Below, piece after piece: positions 23,590 to 35,449 of a DNA stretch of 64,000 bases; position 1 is the first letter of the stretch, and every line of letters starts with the position of its first letter. Source of the stretch: Octopus sinensis (taxonomy: Eukaryota); assembly GCF_006345805.1 (NCBI RefSeq), contig NC_042998.1, forward strand, positions 180,172,001 through 180,236,000. Reading direction: 5' to 3'. A program made the position numbers and the translations under genes. The notes below the pieces were generated by a model, which was not told the origin of the DNA, made no database searches, and worked only from the letters and a program-made list of their open reading frames with translations.

Positions 23590-26500
23590 AAAAAAATATG
23601 AACAATATAAAAAAATGAAGATGTGAACTTTTTAAATTATAAAAAAAAAATAAAGAAAAAGAGGAAAGGACCAGTAGCAGAATCAGAGGACGGCCTAAAA
23701 TGGTAGAGAGCCGCCTATTTTCAAGCATACGCAGATAGTAGAGACGGACCCAAGAGAGAAAGAATCGGTAGAAGAGAAGGTACAGCACATATAAAAATAA
23801 GGCATTCATAATCTACTACCAAATGAGTGTAGAGGTGGAGAGGAGAATTTCCAGGTGGAAGGGAGTGGTGAGGGTGAAGCTACCCATGGAGGATTTCAGG
23901 AGGAGGAAAGGTGTGTGCTATTGGATGACGATCGATACGACACGTTCATGGATTCATATACAGAGTTTTTGATTTCAGTTGAAGGACTGGTGTGGTTTGA
24001 TGACCTACCACCCGTAATTGAACATAAAGAGTTAAACATTTTTTTTGTTGTAAATAATACGTAACATATGATATGAACAATATAAAAAGAATGATGAAGA
24101 TGTGAACGTTTTACTTTAAAAAAAGGGAGAAAATAGGGGAAAAAACTGTCCAAGATAATATCTAATGTAACCACTCGTCTCATTTTATCATTTTCATAAT
24201 TTCATTCGTTTCTTTTAATTTTTTTTTTTCGTGATCGATTTCTCTTTGCATTTTTATTTCCCCGATTATATGCTTTTGTATCGTCTTTGTAATGTGTATC
24301 CTCTATATTTAGCGCTTTGTGAGCAATGAAAAATCGAGGACATTGGTGTCGCAGAATAACAACTTGTTTGAGTCTCGTCATTGTTGACTTAGGTTGGATT
24401 GTCGAAGGCTTTCTATTTGAGACTGTCCGTTGTTAAAATTGTTTTTCATTGCTGTTAAAAATTATTGTTGAAGCGACACGCGCGTGATTTTTTTTTTTTT
24501 CTGTTTTTTTCCCCATTATGTGGGTGACAAGTAAGCTTTTCATTATGGAAAGCTATGCAAAAACCGCTACAATGAGAGCAGCTACGCCGGTGGAAGCAAT
24601 GCAGTTAAAAATGAATATGGAAGAAATGATAAGAAGCCAGCAGTTAGTGCAAAGAGAGGTAGACACAATAAAGATGGTCCCTCCAGAGGAGATAGTCAAA
24701 GATAAGAGCGATATGGCGGTGGTGTACCGCACGCAAGCGGTCGCCACCAGTAAAATAGTGATCTTATCAGAAGATGATGAGGAGGAATGTTTAGGACCCC
24801 TGATGAAAAAGGCAACTTTCGTAAGCAGAGGAAGGAAATATGGCACGGTGGAGGTAAGGTTTGCCACCAAAGAAGCGGCGGCTTCACATTCCACCACTAT
24901 TCTACAAGTTGATAAGGTGATGCTGCTGCCCACGCATAGGAGCAGGCGAAGTGTTCGGATTCGAATCGGAAGTATACCACCACAATGAAAACAGAGTGGT
25001 TGGTGGCAGCTGCTCTGGCAGCCACCGAGGAGAATCCCCAACTCGGACCAGTGGGAAGAACGAGCATGTTAAACTGATGGGGATGCGGTGTCGAGATGTG
25101 GCTTTTTGTCACTTTCGAAGACATTACGAGGATCCCCTACCAGACAGAGATTGCGTGAGAAAGTGCCTTCAAAGTAATTGTTGAGGGTCGTCGACTCAAT
25201 TGTTACGAATGTGGAATGAGATGCCATATGAGGACAGAGTGCCCCAAGCAGCACAAACCTCAAAGTGAGAAGACCGTGGAAAAAGACCAACAAGTGGAGA
25301 GTGGAGTACAAATTAAAGCAATGAAAGACGGAGACGGTAAAAGCGATACGAAGTAAAGACGAAGGAAGAAGGAACGAAAGCAGCAAAGGAGGGGAGTGAA
25401 GAATTTGTCAGCCCCAAAAAGAGTGGGCGAGGACAGGAGAGGACTCAGAGGGACCAGCGGCAGAGCCAGGTGGGGCGCCTGAGCGGGGCGGTGAGCCGCC
25501 TGTTTTCAGGCACGTGTGTACGGTAGAAGCAGGGCCAGAGGAGCGAGAGTCGGTGGAGGAGACTGAACAGCATGGTTTTGGATCTGGAGCATTTATAGTG
25601 TGCTGCGGGGGAAGTGTGAATGTGGAGGTGATTGATGGGGTGAGGCTATCCAGGGAGGATTTCAGGGAGGGGTGGGTGGGTGTACTGTTGAGTGAGGATG
25701 GGTGCGAATCGTTTATAGAAACATGTGGAGGGTGTATGGTTGCGTTTGGTGGGCCGATGTGGTTAGGTGCCCTGCCACCCGTAATTCAACATAGAGTTGA
25801 ACATTTTTTTAAAATATGAACAATTTTAAAAAATGATGAAGATGTGAACTTAAAAAAAAACTGTTCAAAATAATGTTTAAATGTAACCACTCTACTTTGG
25901 AGGTCGAGTGGGTATTGCGCCTCATTTTATCATTTTCATATTTTCATTCGTTCTTTTTGTTTCTTCTCCTTCACTTGATTTCTTTCTGTATTTTTTATTT
26001 CCCGATTATGTGTCTTGTATTGTTTTGTAATGTATAATCTCTATTTTCAGCCCCTTGTGGGTAATTAAAAAGGAGAACGTTGGTGCTGCAGACTAACAGA
26101 TTGTTTGAATTCTTAATTTCGTCAATTTTGACAGCGGCTTTGCATTGTTGTATGTTGAAGGCTTTATTTTCGAGACTGTTGTTGAAATTGTTGTGTATCA
26201 CAGTTAAGGATTACTGTTGAGCGACTCGCGCGTGAGTGTTTTTCTTTCTTTTTTTTTTTTTTTTGCTATTTTCTCATTGTGGAGCTGAAAAGTTAGTTTC
26301 TCAAGATGGAGTGCTACGAAAAAGCCGCTGCATTGGGAGCAGCTCCGCTATTGGACCTGAAAGAGATAAAAGGGAATATGGAAGAGATACGAAGAAGCGA
26401 ACAGTTGATACAAAAGGAGGGAGACGAAATAAAGCTGGTCCCTCCAGAAGAAACAGTCGAGGATAAGAGTGATAGAGCGGTGGTGTACCGCACGCAAGCA

Positions 26501-26890
26501 GTCACCACCAATAAAATTGAAATCCTATCGGAAGATGACGTCGAGGAATGTTTGGGACCCCTGATGAAAACGGCAAAAGAAATATGGTACGGTGGAGGTG
26601 AGGCTTACCACCAAAGAAGAAGCAGCTTCTCATTCTACCACTATTTTACGCAGTGAAAAGGACAACGCTGTTACCCACAAATAGGGGCAGGCGAAGTGTT
26701 CTGATTTGCATTAGAAAGGTGCCATCAGAATTAAAGCCAGAGTGGTTCGTTCTCTTTATTTTTCCTTCACTCAATTTCTTTCTGTATTTTTATTTCCCTG
26801 ATTATGTGTCCTGTATTGTTTTGTAACGCACCTGTTTGGCGGCCACTTGTGGGTAATAAGAAAAAATCAGGACTTGGTGTTGCCTTGGCG
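23590..26890 (+). mobile_element. Head-to-tail array of Tx1/L1-type ORF1-only retroelement units
   Basis: Units: C-terminal half 23655-24335, complete 24336-26072, internally deleted 26073-26865, then another 5' start; repeated 3'/5' junctions near 24335, 26072 and 26865. Confidence 0.75.
24545..25819 (+). pseudogene. Disrupted gag-like ORF1 (RRM-like region, CCHC zinc knuckle, conserved C-terminal block)
   Basis: GRKYGTVEVRF at 24830; CYECGMRCHMRTEC (CX2CX4HX4C) at 25201-25242; stops and frameshifts present. Confidence 0.8.
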
Positions 26891-27808
26891 GAGGTTTGCG
26901 CTCTCTGAGTGCTCGTTATATATTTTTTTTATGCTAGCTCTTCTAGTTCTGAGTACAAATCACACCGACATCAGTTTGGCTTTACATCCTTTCGAATTCG
27001 ATAGATTAAATTACCAGGGTCGTTGAGGTTAGTTAAACCATTCACCCAAATCTGCAAGTCTTGCGCTTAATTTAGAAACTATTGTTATAAATTCTTATGG
27101 TCGTTGAAGGAGTAACAACCATCATATATTTCCATAAAAATTTGAACTCAGAAATGCACACCAATTTATTAAGTACTATAGGCATACGATACAACTTTCC
27201 GTCGCTAGAATTGTGTCCACCAAACTTCATATCATATAAATTTTATTTTATTGGTAAGAAAATTTGTTTTTCAACGGAGATATTTCTTATTTGAATTAAT
27301 CGATCAAAACTACTAAAACTGAGAATGAGTTATGTTACAAAATTAAATTCTTCTGTTCAACATTTATTACTATTTCAAAACGTCTAACTAAAATGGTGTG
27401 TTTTGCCTTTTCATTTATAGTTAGATTATTAATAGACAGTTGATGCATTCCGTTTTTTTTTTTAACTGATAGAGTAGTTAGTGTAGCTCGATAGCAAATT
27501 TAATAATTTCACAACTTTATTATTGAATATTAAAGTCGATACGAATATTTCCTGATATTTATTAAATACATTTTGTAGATAATAACATACGGAATTAAAT
27601 AGCGAGTGTGTCCCACAGACATATTCTTTGTGATTATTTTTAACGGTGCAATATGAAAGTGATAAAACTTGTCGCCGGTGAGAAATGAAAAGAAATATAT
27701 TTCTTTTATCTTTATGGCAAACCACAACTCGTTGAGCGATAGGGAATATATATTTGTGTATTATATATAAATATATATTTATATATAAATATATATTATA
27801 TATATATA

Positions 27809-27868
<60 letters not shown>

Positions 27869-27920
27869 ACTAAATATATGGTTATTAAATATACTGTATA
27901 AATTTATATGCATATTTTTA

Positions 27921-27974
<54 letters not shown>

Positions 27975-30090
27975 ATTATATGAGTTACGTCTTGAGGATG
28001 AAAAGTTGTTCATATGTCAAAAGAAAATAAATTATTTAGTACGGAAGCACGGCTGTAAAATATTACATTTAGTTTATTACGCAATACATATGGTGTCTTC
28101 ACGTTAAGTACTGATCCGTGACTGTGTTTCTGATATTGTTTAATAGATTAACTATTTTAATGATTTACTCTATGTTTTGGTTTCAACCCCCACATTTTTA
28201 ATGCTCTATCCCCATTATTTAGAGCCTTTGTAATTTGTGAAAAACATTGTGGATTGTAAATAACTTACTTGTAGCATAAAGGTTTCTAAGTCACGAGTCT
28301 ACGAATTGGTCTCAATTCTTAAGAGAGACAAGTCGACTTCGAAAATGAGTTAAAATTAAATACTATTTTATCGCTTAAATTGTTAATGTGTTTCTAGTGA
28401 AACGACTTTAGTTTTAAATATTTTTTCTGAATAATATTATTTGCTCACAAGTTGGATTTGAACGTGAAACTTCAAGCTTTATATCCGCAAACAGGTTATA
28501 CAGCTTGTAATTCTCACAGCATAACATTTGGTAGTTATTAAATTGAGCTGAGGGAAACACAGTTGGTATCATCTCTCGTTCGCAATGTTTTGTTCAAGTA
28601 ATGAGAAAATGGTGAATCACTTTATTTCTTTAAATGTGATGTACTTACGTTCTAGAAAACAGTTAATAAAAAAAAACTTTCGATGTATTTAACAGATGTT
28701 ATTTTATGAATCTTGCTGCAATTAATGACAATGGTAACCATAGAGATGGTTTAGCGTTATTTTAATTAGTGCAGGGAGCATTAGAAAGCTAACTAGAAAA
28801 AATAATAATGTCGTTCGGATTAAAATAATGTTTGTCAATTACTAATAAAATCTTTAAATTTTTCAGGATATCGGAGAGACAACTCCAGGCGTGTTTTGGC
28901 CGTATTAGGATCTCTTCAACATATCATAACCTTCGCTCTTCTTACCGAAGTATAAATAAATGAAGAATCCTAAGTGAATTAGAAGATTGTTCATGGGTTG
29001 TTATAGGAAAACAGAAATGTTTAAGCACGAGACTTGCAAATTTGGGTGAATGGGTTAACTCATTCAGAAACAGTTGATTAGCTAATAATTAGGCCAAAAT
29101 TGCTTGAATTTACATGAGTTGATCACACCATCTATCACAACCCTTCAAAGCGTCTGGTAAATTCCAAAGGGTAACATTCTGTGTCTGCGCAAAGCCAGAC
29201 AATATACCTTTTTGAAAGACATCCGACCCGAGTATATTCATCTTGTTGGTGTCCATAGCAGTGTGTCGCAAATGAACTAACGCGCAACTCTTCAGCAATG
29301 TGCCGCACAGCGCATGCGTCTCTCTCTAATGATACCAGTGATTGCTAGACGACTTCTACATGCAGCTTCCGTTTGGTAGGTACCTTTACTTTTCCAGGAA
29401 ACATGTGGAACGAGTCTTTCGAAGTCGATAAGTACAAGCTGAGTACTGGAGTCGATGTAATCGACTTACCGCTTCCCGTTTGGTCTTGTACCAAAAGTTG
29501 AAACGAATATATTACTAGGACTTTCCTTTATCAATCTTAAAAGTGCTTAAAAGTCAACTCCTATATTATGTAACATAAAGAGACGTAACTAAATGTTACA
29601 AGGTATTTTCTTGAGCGCTTTAACTGTTCGATCATCCACGTAGACATTTTTGTAATTTCTATACAATTTGGAAGGCTATTTCACTCAGATGTTCGAATGT
29701 GTTTTTCCACTGAAAATGTAGTTATTTATGGTGGAGCTAGATGATAAAGACTGAAGAGTAATTTTTCTAGATAAGGTAGTAAGTTCTCTGAAGGCAAATG
29801 AGTGATATAGCTATACAAACTCACTGCAGGATGGTGAGCCAAATCAAAATAAATGAAAGATAAAGCTGGAGAGAATATATGAAAGCAATCGAGAATAATT
29901 CAGAATTGAAGACTAATGAATTCTTGGACAATACTGAAATGATTTGAAGTCTTACTGCAGTGGAGAGAACATGGACGTTTTGAAATGAAGCAACGAAGAA
30001 AGTTTATCCGTGCATAATAAATCACAACTATGAAGTAACGGAAGTAACAATCAAAAGAAATGGGATAGAATCAATGACGTAAAAACAAAG

Positions 30091-30525
30091 GGATCTTTTC
30101 GGTTTGAACGGCAGTTTTTTCTAGAGGTGTCATATGAAATTGTCACCCATAATTATGACCCTAGTATCAATCTATTGCATTTCAATGTTTTAGTGTTAGG
30201 GTTAGATTTAGGGTTGGTTAGGGTTTTAGGTGGGGGAAGGGTATCTTTTTTTCTTCATAAATGTAAATAAACCCAATCTGTTTCTTAAACGAGGGACATA
30301 TTCATACGGCACAGAATGTTTGTTACCTCAATGGACGTCAGTGATTAGTTGAAATTGCAGCAATTGAAGAAATAAACAACAAATATCTTACAAACTATAG
30401 AATTTTCTCAATAAAGCCAAGAGAAAAAGATGTTTTATAAACACATTCTATCAGTATACGAAGTTTAAAAGTGTTTAGTTACCTAGAAATTATGTTAAAA
30501 ACTGCCGTTCAAACCGAAAAGATCC
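30091..30525. mobile_element. MITE with perfect 29-bp terminal inverted repeats
   Basis: GGATCTTTTCGGTTTGAACGGCAGTTTTT (30091-30119) and its reverse complement (30497-30525); AAAG on both flanks. Confidence 0.85.
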
Positions 30526-30789
30526 AAAGATCAGAAAAGATTTCAATAATGCCAAAAAAAAAAAAAAGAGGTAAGTCCGAAAGAAGAAATGTTGCAAGGG
30601 AAGCTTGCTCGAAAATAGGAAATATATCAGGTAAACATGGTGAACCAGAATATCGTAAAGCAGAAAGAAGCAACCGAAGAAAACAAGCCTCGTTAAAATG
30701 TAAAGAACAAATAGTTTTAAAAAGCCTCGATAAAGGAAGAAAAATTTGACAGTTTCTCCGATCATCATCTTGTGATGCACCCAGATATG

Positions 30790-31100
30790 TTGTGAGAGAT
30801 ATTTCTGGGGCCATTAAGTGTTTTGGGTCTTTTAATATCAGGCACTCTCACTCAAGTGATCACACCAAATCCCCAGGATGTGTTTAGTTAGTACTACACC
30901 TTGTATCACTACCCCTAGTAGCATTACCATTTCAGGGCTGGCTCATCTTGGTCATTGGCCACCTCGAGGCAATCTTCGCTAGCTCCACAGCCAACCTGAT
31001 AGCCTCCTGCCTACTGGCTTCTGTGATGTCAAGAACGTCGTAAATTCTGCAGAGAAACTAGACTTAAGCTTCCGCATCCCACTTTAACGCAACCACACCA
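30790..31100 (-). mobile_element. Hero/R2-like (RLE-type) LINE 3' end
   Basis: FLCRIYDVLDITEASRQEAIRLAVELAKIASRW resembles the C-terminus of Hero-type elements as I recall it; followed by a 3' UTR-like stretch. Confidence 0.5.
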
Positions 31101-31719
31101 TGCTTGTTACCCGTTGCTTTGACACAGACCCACAGTTAGGCATAGAAGAAAGTCTCAATTATTTAGCAAATGCATATAACAAGATGACAATAAAATTATA
31201 CCATTAAAATATGAAATGATATAAAAATGTTTATAGATTCTTCTGTGAAAACAAATCATGTGAATGAGTCATATATCTGACATATGATCATAAAAAAGTT
31301 AGAAAAAACAAAAATGCAAGAAAAGGAATTTTACAATACCATATGATAGCAGGATAAAAAATATATAAAAAGGGGGAAAAGTGACGATATCTATTGGCAT
31401 GAGAATTGAGAAAACTGCAACATTCACGTGAGAGTTGTCTCAGTTGTCATAGAATTATTGAGAGTTAAACAGACGCGTTGTCATTAAACTGAACTATCAT
31501 CAGTGAGGTCGACAGTGATAACAAAATATACTGATTCCTGAGTTGACAAATTTCTTTCTTTTTCGTGACGCAGTTGCTGTAATTGGCACTAGTAAATGGA
31601 CAGTTCTTACTTTTTTCCTTCACTCTGAAGAGCATAAAAATACCTCACCTGCACTATCATCACACTTTTCCACTATTCTTTCCCCCACATAATAATAAAT
31701 CTGTGAAATTATTGTACAT

Positions 31720-32230
31720 GGCCAAAAATTCAGGGTTGGGGATTAGTCGATTACATTAGTTCCAATGCTTATCTGGTACTTATTTTATCGATCCTGAAAG
31801 ATGAAAGGGAAGATGATCCCAACGCTATTTGAACTCAGATCGTAAAGAGGCGGAAGAAATTTTACTAGTCAGCTCGTTGCCTTAATAATAATGGTTTTAA
31901 ATCTTGGCACGAGGCCTATATTTTGGGGGAGGGGGTAAGTTGATCACATCAACCTCCGTGCTCAACTGGAACTTATTTTGTCGACCGCAAGAGGACGAAA
32001 GGCAAAAATCAACCTCGGCAGAATTTGAACTCCGAACTCAGATGAAATGCGGCTAAGCATTTTGCTCGGCATTACTAACGATTCTGCCAGTTCACCGCCT
32101 TATTAATAATGATAATATTAATTTTCTATCATTTCTACTATGGGTACAACGCGGGAAAGCTGATGGTAGCTAGTCGAATACATTGTCCCAAGAGTTTGAC
32201 AGGTACTTATTTAATCGATCGCCAAAAGAT
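31720..32230 (-). mobile_element. Cluster of degenerate Meta-like SINE copies
   Basis: Repeated TGGTACTTATTTTATCGA...GAAAG...ATTTGAACTC blocks. Confidence 0.75.
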
Positions 32231-32235
32231 GAAAT

Positions 32236-32530
32236 AGTGGAGGCGCAATGGCCCAGTGGTTAGGGCAGGGGACTCGCGGTCGGAGGATGCGCTTTCGATT
32301 CGCAAACAGGGCACTGTGTGTGTTTATTGAGCGAAAACACCTAAAGCTCCACGAGGCTCCGGCAGGGGGTGTGGTGACCCCCGTTGTACTCTTTCGCTCC
32401 AACTTTCTCTCACTCTTTCTTCCTTTGGTAACGCTGCGATGGACTGGAGTCTCGTCCAGCTGGGAGGAACACATATACCACGGAAACCGGGAAACCGGGC
32501 CCATGAGCCTGGATAGGCTTGTAAAGGGCG
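32236..32530 (+). mobile_element. OR-like SINE, tail type 1, nested in a Meta-like SINE
   Basis: TGGCCCAGTGG A box, TTTCGATTCGC B-box remnant. Confidence 0.85.
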
Positions 32531-33419
32531 AAGAAAGGATGAAATGTAAACTCGATGTTGTCGAATTTAATCTTAATGTTAAATCAGAAGAAATGCTGCT
32601 AAACATTATGTCCCGCATGGTAACGATTTTGCTACCTGACGGCGGAAAATTTTGGAAAAGGGGGCTTTTTGATTACATTGATCCAGTGTTTAACTGGTTC
32701 AACAGGAAAATTATAAGGCAGAGTCGATATTTGCACTAGAACGTAAAGACGGACGAAATTCCGATAAGCAATTTGTAGGGCTTGCTAAGGAATCTGGTAG
32801 CTTGCCGCAGTAATGGTGATGATGATGATAATGATGATGATATTTTCTCAACTGGGCTGCAAAAACTTACGAAGAGAAAAAGCTGTAGAAATTACCATAA
32901 AGACGGCGTCTCATCAATGCAAAATAAATTAATAACAATGAACAAGTACATTATGAAACTGAAATTTTCCAATTAGGAGAAAAAAGAACAATACCCTGGT
33001 TTCACCAAAGAGGAACATCTCTCCCATCCCTTTTACCCATTCCTCTGGTGACAGTCTAGCATAGGCCTACTCATTCGGCCCACCTTCGCCACATTCACCA
33101 ACCCTACAAAAAAGTTTATGTTAAGCAGCACTTGCTTCTCCATTGTCAACTCCCTTTCCAAATGAAATTTTAAAAAGTCGATGAGGACTTACACAAAGGA
33201 GAAAGTCTTTCATAGTTGTGCGTATATATATACATATAGATATATGTGTGTGTGTGTGCGTGTGTGTTTATGTGCTTGTAACCTCGCCTCCCAAAGTTGC
33301 TTCGTTCACATAACTTAGCTGTTCGGCAAAACAAGTAGAAATGAATACCAAACTTAAAACCTCGTGGTTACCTTCCAATGTCTAAAACAAGTAAAAGAAT
33401 AAACGAGCATAAGAATAAC

Positions 33420-33530
33420 CTTGCTCCACTCATTAAGACATTAGACAAAACCAGAAACAGATGTAAAGACAACGAACAAACTATTAAATAATGTCTTCTA
33501 TATGAATGATTTAAAGCTACTGATGAGTGA
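33420..33530 (+). mobile_element. R4/Dong-like RT remnant
   Basis: LAPLIKTLDKT...(frameshift) NVFYMNDLKL resembles the HLFYMDDLKL motif. Confidence 0.35.
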
Positions 33531-33573
33531 AAATATGGAGCAAGGAACAATTTTGAAAACATCGTGCATAATA

Positions 33574-33799
33574 CAGTTCTATATTTAAGAGATGAGGAAA
33601 TATGTATATTATTTACATTATTTAGATTTTGACGAATTTTGTCATCATCTTCTTTGTTGTTGGCACAACGTTTCGGCTGATCTATCCTCCAGCCTTTATC
33701 AGGTGTCTTGGAGAAGTTTCGAATCTGGGTTCTCATTCCTAAGGTATTTTTCGGTGTTGTTATTATTAGTAGAACTCGGAATCTTGCTGTTAGTAGCCC
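33574..33799 (-). mobile_element. tRNA-head/hammerhead SINE-like element, left inverted copy (A box lost)
   Basis: Reverse complement matches 33841-34073; partial head GGGCTACTAACAGCAAGATTCCGAGTTC. Confidence 0.8.
33662..33707 (-). ncRNA. Minimal hammerhead motif with a core mutation
   Basis: gacac-CTGATAA-A-GGCTG/gaggatagat/CAGCC-GAAAC-GTT-gtgcc; G8 changed to A. Confidence 0.6.
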
Positions 33800-33812
33800 T
33801 CGATATGTCCAC

Positions 33813-33883
33813 GGGCATATGGCGTAGTGGTTAAGAGCGCGGGCTACTAACCCCAAGATTCCGAGTTCGATTCCAGGCAGTGA

Positions 33884-33928
<45 letters not shown>

Positions 33929-34073
33929 CAACAACAAGGAAAAATACCTCAGGAATGAGAACCCAGGTTCGAAACTTCCCCAAGACGCCTGATGAAGGCT
34001 GGAGAGTATATCAGCCGAAACGTTGTGTTAAGAACAAAGATGAGGACAAAATCCATCAAAATGTAAATAATTT
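33813..34073 (+). mobile_element. tRNA-derived Pol III head + (TAA)n + hammerhead tail (SINE-like element)
   Basis: A box TGGCGTAGTGG 33820-33830, B box GAGTTCGATTCC 33863-33874, (TAA)n linker, HHR 33984-34029. Confidence 0.8.
33984..34029 (+). ncRNA. Minimal type I hammerhead ribozyme with palindromic stem III
   Basis: gacgc-CTGATGA-A-GGCTG/gagagtatat/CAGCC-GAAAC-GTT-gtgtt; AACGTT palindrome; stem I gacgc/gtgtt pairs with G.U wobbles. Confidence 0.75.
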
Positions 34074-35174
34074 ATCGTGCATAATGTCAAACAAGAAATT
34101 GTATGAAATTAACAAATATGCCAAAGTTACTGCATGAAGAAGCAATTTAAATACAACTAAGTTTATTAAATTATACACGTCACCAAAATCTTAATATAGG
34201 CCCGGAATCATTCGTACAAAGCAGTTGAGACAGATAAGATACATCACATAAATGTTGAAAAAAAATTATTGAGAGTGCTACAGATGACTCACGAGTATTA
34301 AAAAACTGAACAGAATGCAAGAAATACGATAATAAGTATAAACACGTAAGCCATCATTTTTGTGGTAATTTATAAGTAAAGGTTAAATATGATATACTAC
34401 TTTACTGATACTGAATTTATTGATCCCCGGGCACAGGAGAAGTAAAGTCGACATCGGCAGGAATTTGAAATCCGAACATAAAAGGATATACCATATAATT
34501 ATTTGTTTGTTTGTTTTTTCTCTTTTTATTTCTATGGTGAAGCAGCAGGGTGTTTTTTTTCTTCTTTATTATCTAAGGAAACAGAAAATGATGAGATACT
34601 AATTCCTACTACAGATCGAATCCTGATTGTAGTCATCCAGTGCTGGGATGTTCCATCTTGCTCAAAAATAATTATCAGTGAAGGTTAGCATAATTCAGTA
34701 AGCGAAACATTTTTCTTGTAATTGAATAATTTTCGTGGTGAAATACAACTTCAATGAATAAGAAAAACGGATTCCTTCTAACTAAGGCTCTAGAAAATTT
34801 ATCGGAGTGTGACACAGACTATTTCATTGACTCCGAATTAATACCGAGATCTGTGGAATAGGCACAGAACAATTTTTGCATAAAATCGATAAAATAAACT
34901 CTAGTAAAGATACCATAAATTTGCTTTAAGCAGTTTTATAAAGATCTGATGTAAACACAACGAAATTTGTGCAACATTTAAACTACGCAGCTGGCTTCAC
35001 ACTCTACCGTCAAGCCTCTCTCCACCGAGCTTGACTCGGTTACATTGTTGGAAAATTACAAATTTATATATATGTATAATAACAGCATGTTGTCCAATCG
35101 ACTTTAATACATGAACCGGAGCTGAATTTACTTTTTATTCTATATGCATATGTGTCTGAGTGTGTGTGTGAGTG

Positions 35175-35211
<37 letters not shown>

Positions 35212-35449
35212 AATAGTAGAGCGAAAAAACGACAGAAGGCTTGAATATTAAAAAATATATATATTTGCGTCAATATGTCTGAAGAATATTAGAAAATTTA
35301 AAATAAAAATTTTTTTTCCTTCTTATAATGACATAAATTAAAAGAAATACCGGTTTCGCGTGTAGCTTTTCAAATTTCTTGTGACGTTATGTTTATATTG
35401 CATGGAATATATATATATATATATATATCTTCGTTATTCTGTTCTTATT

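Noticed and set aside
33519-33535. CTGATGAGTGAAA
   Set aside because: No stem II; it lies within the RT remnant.
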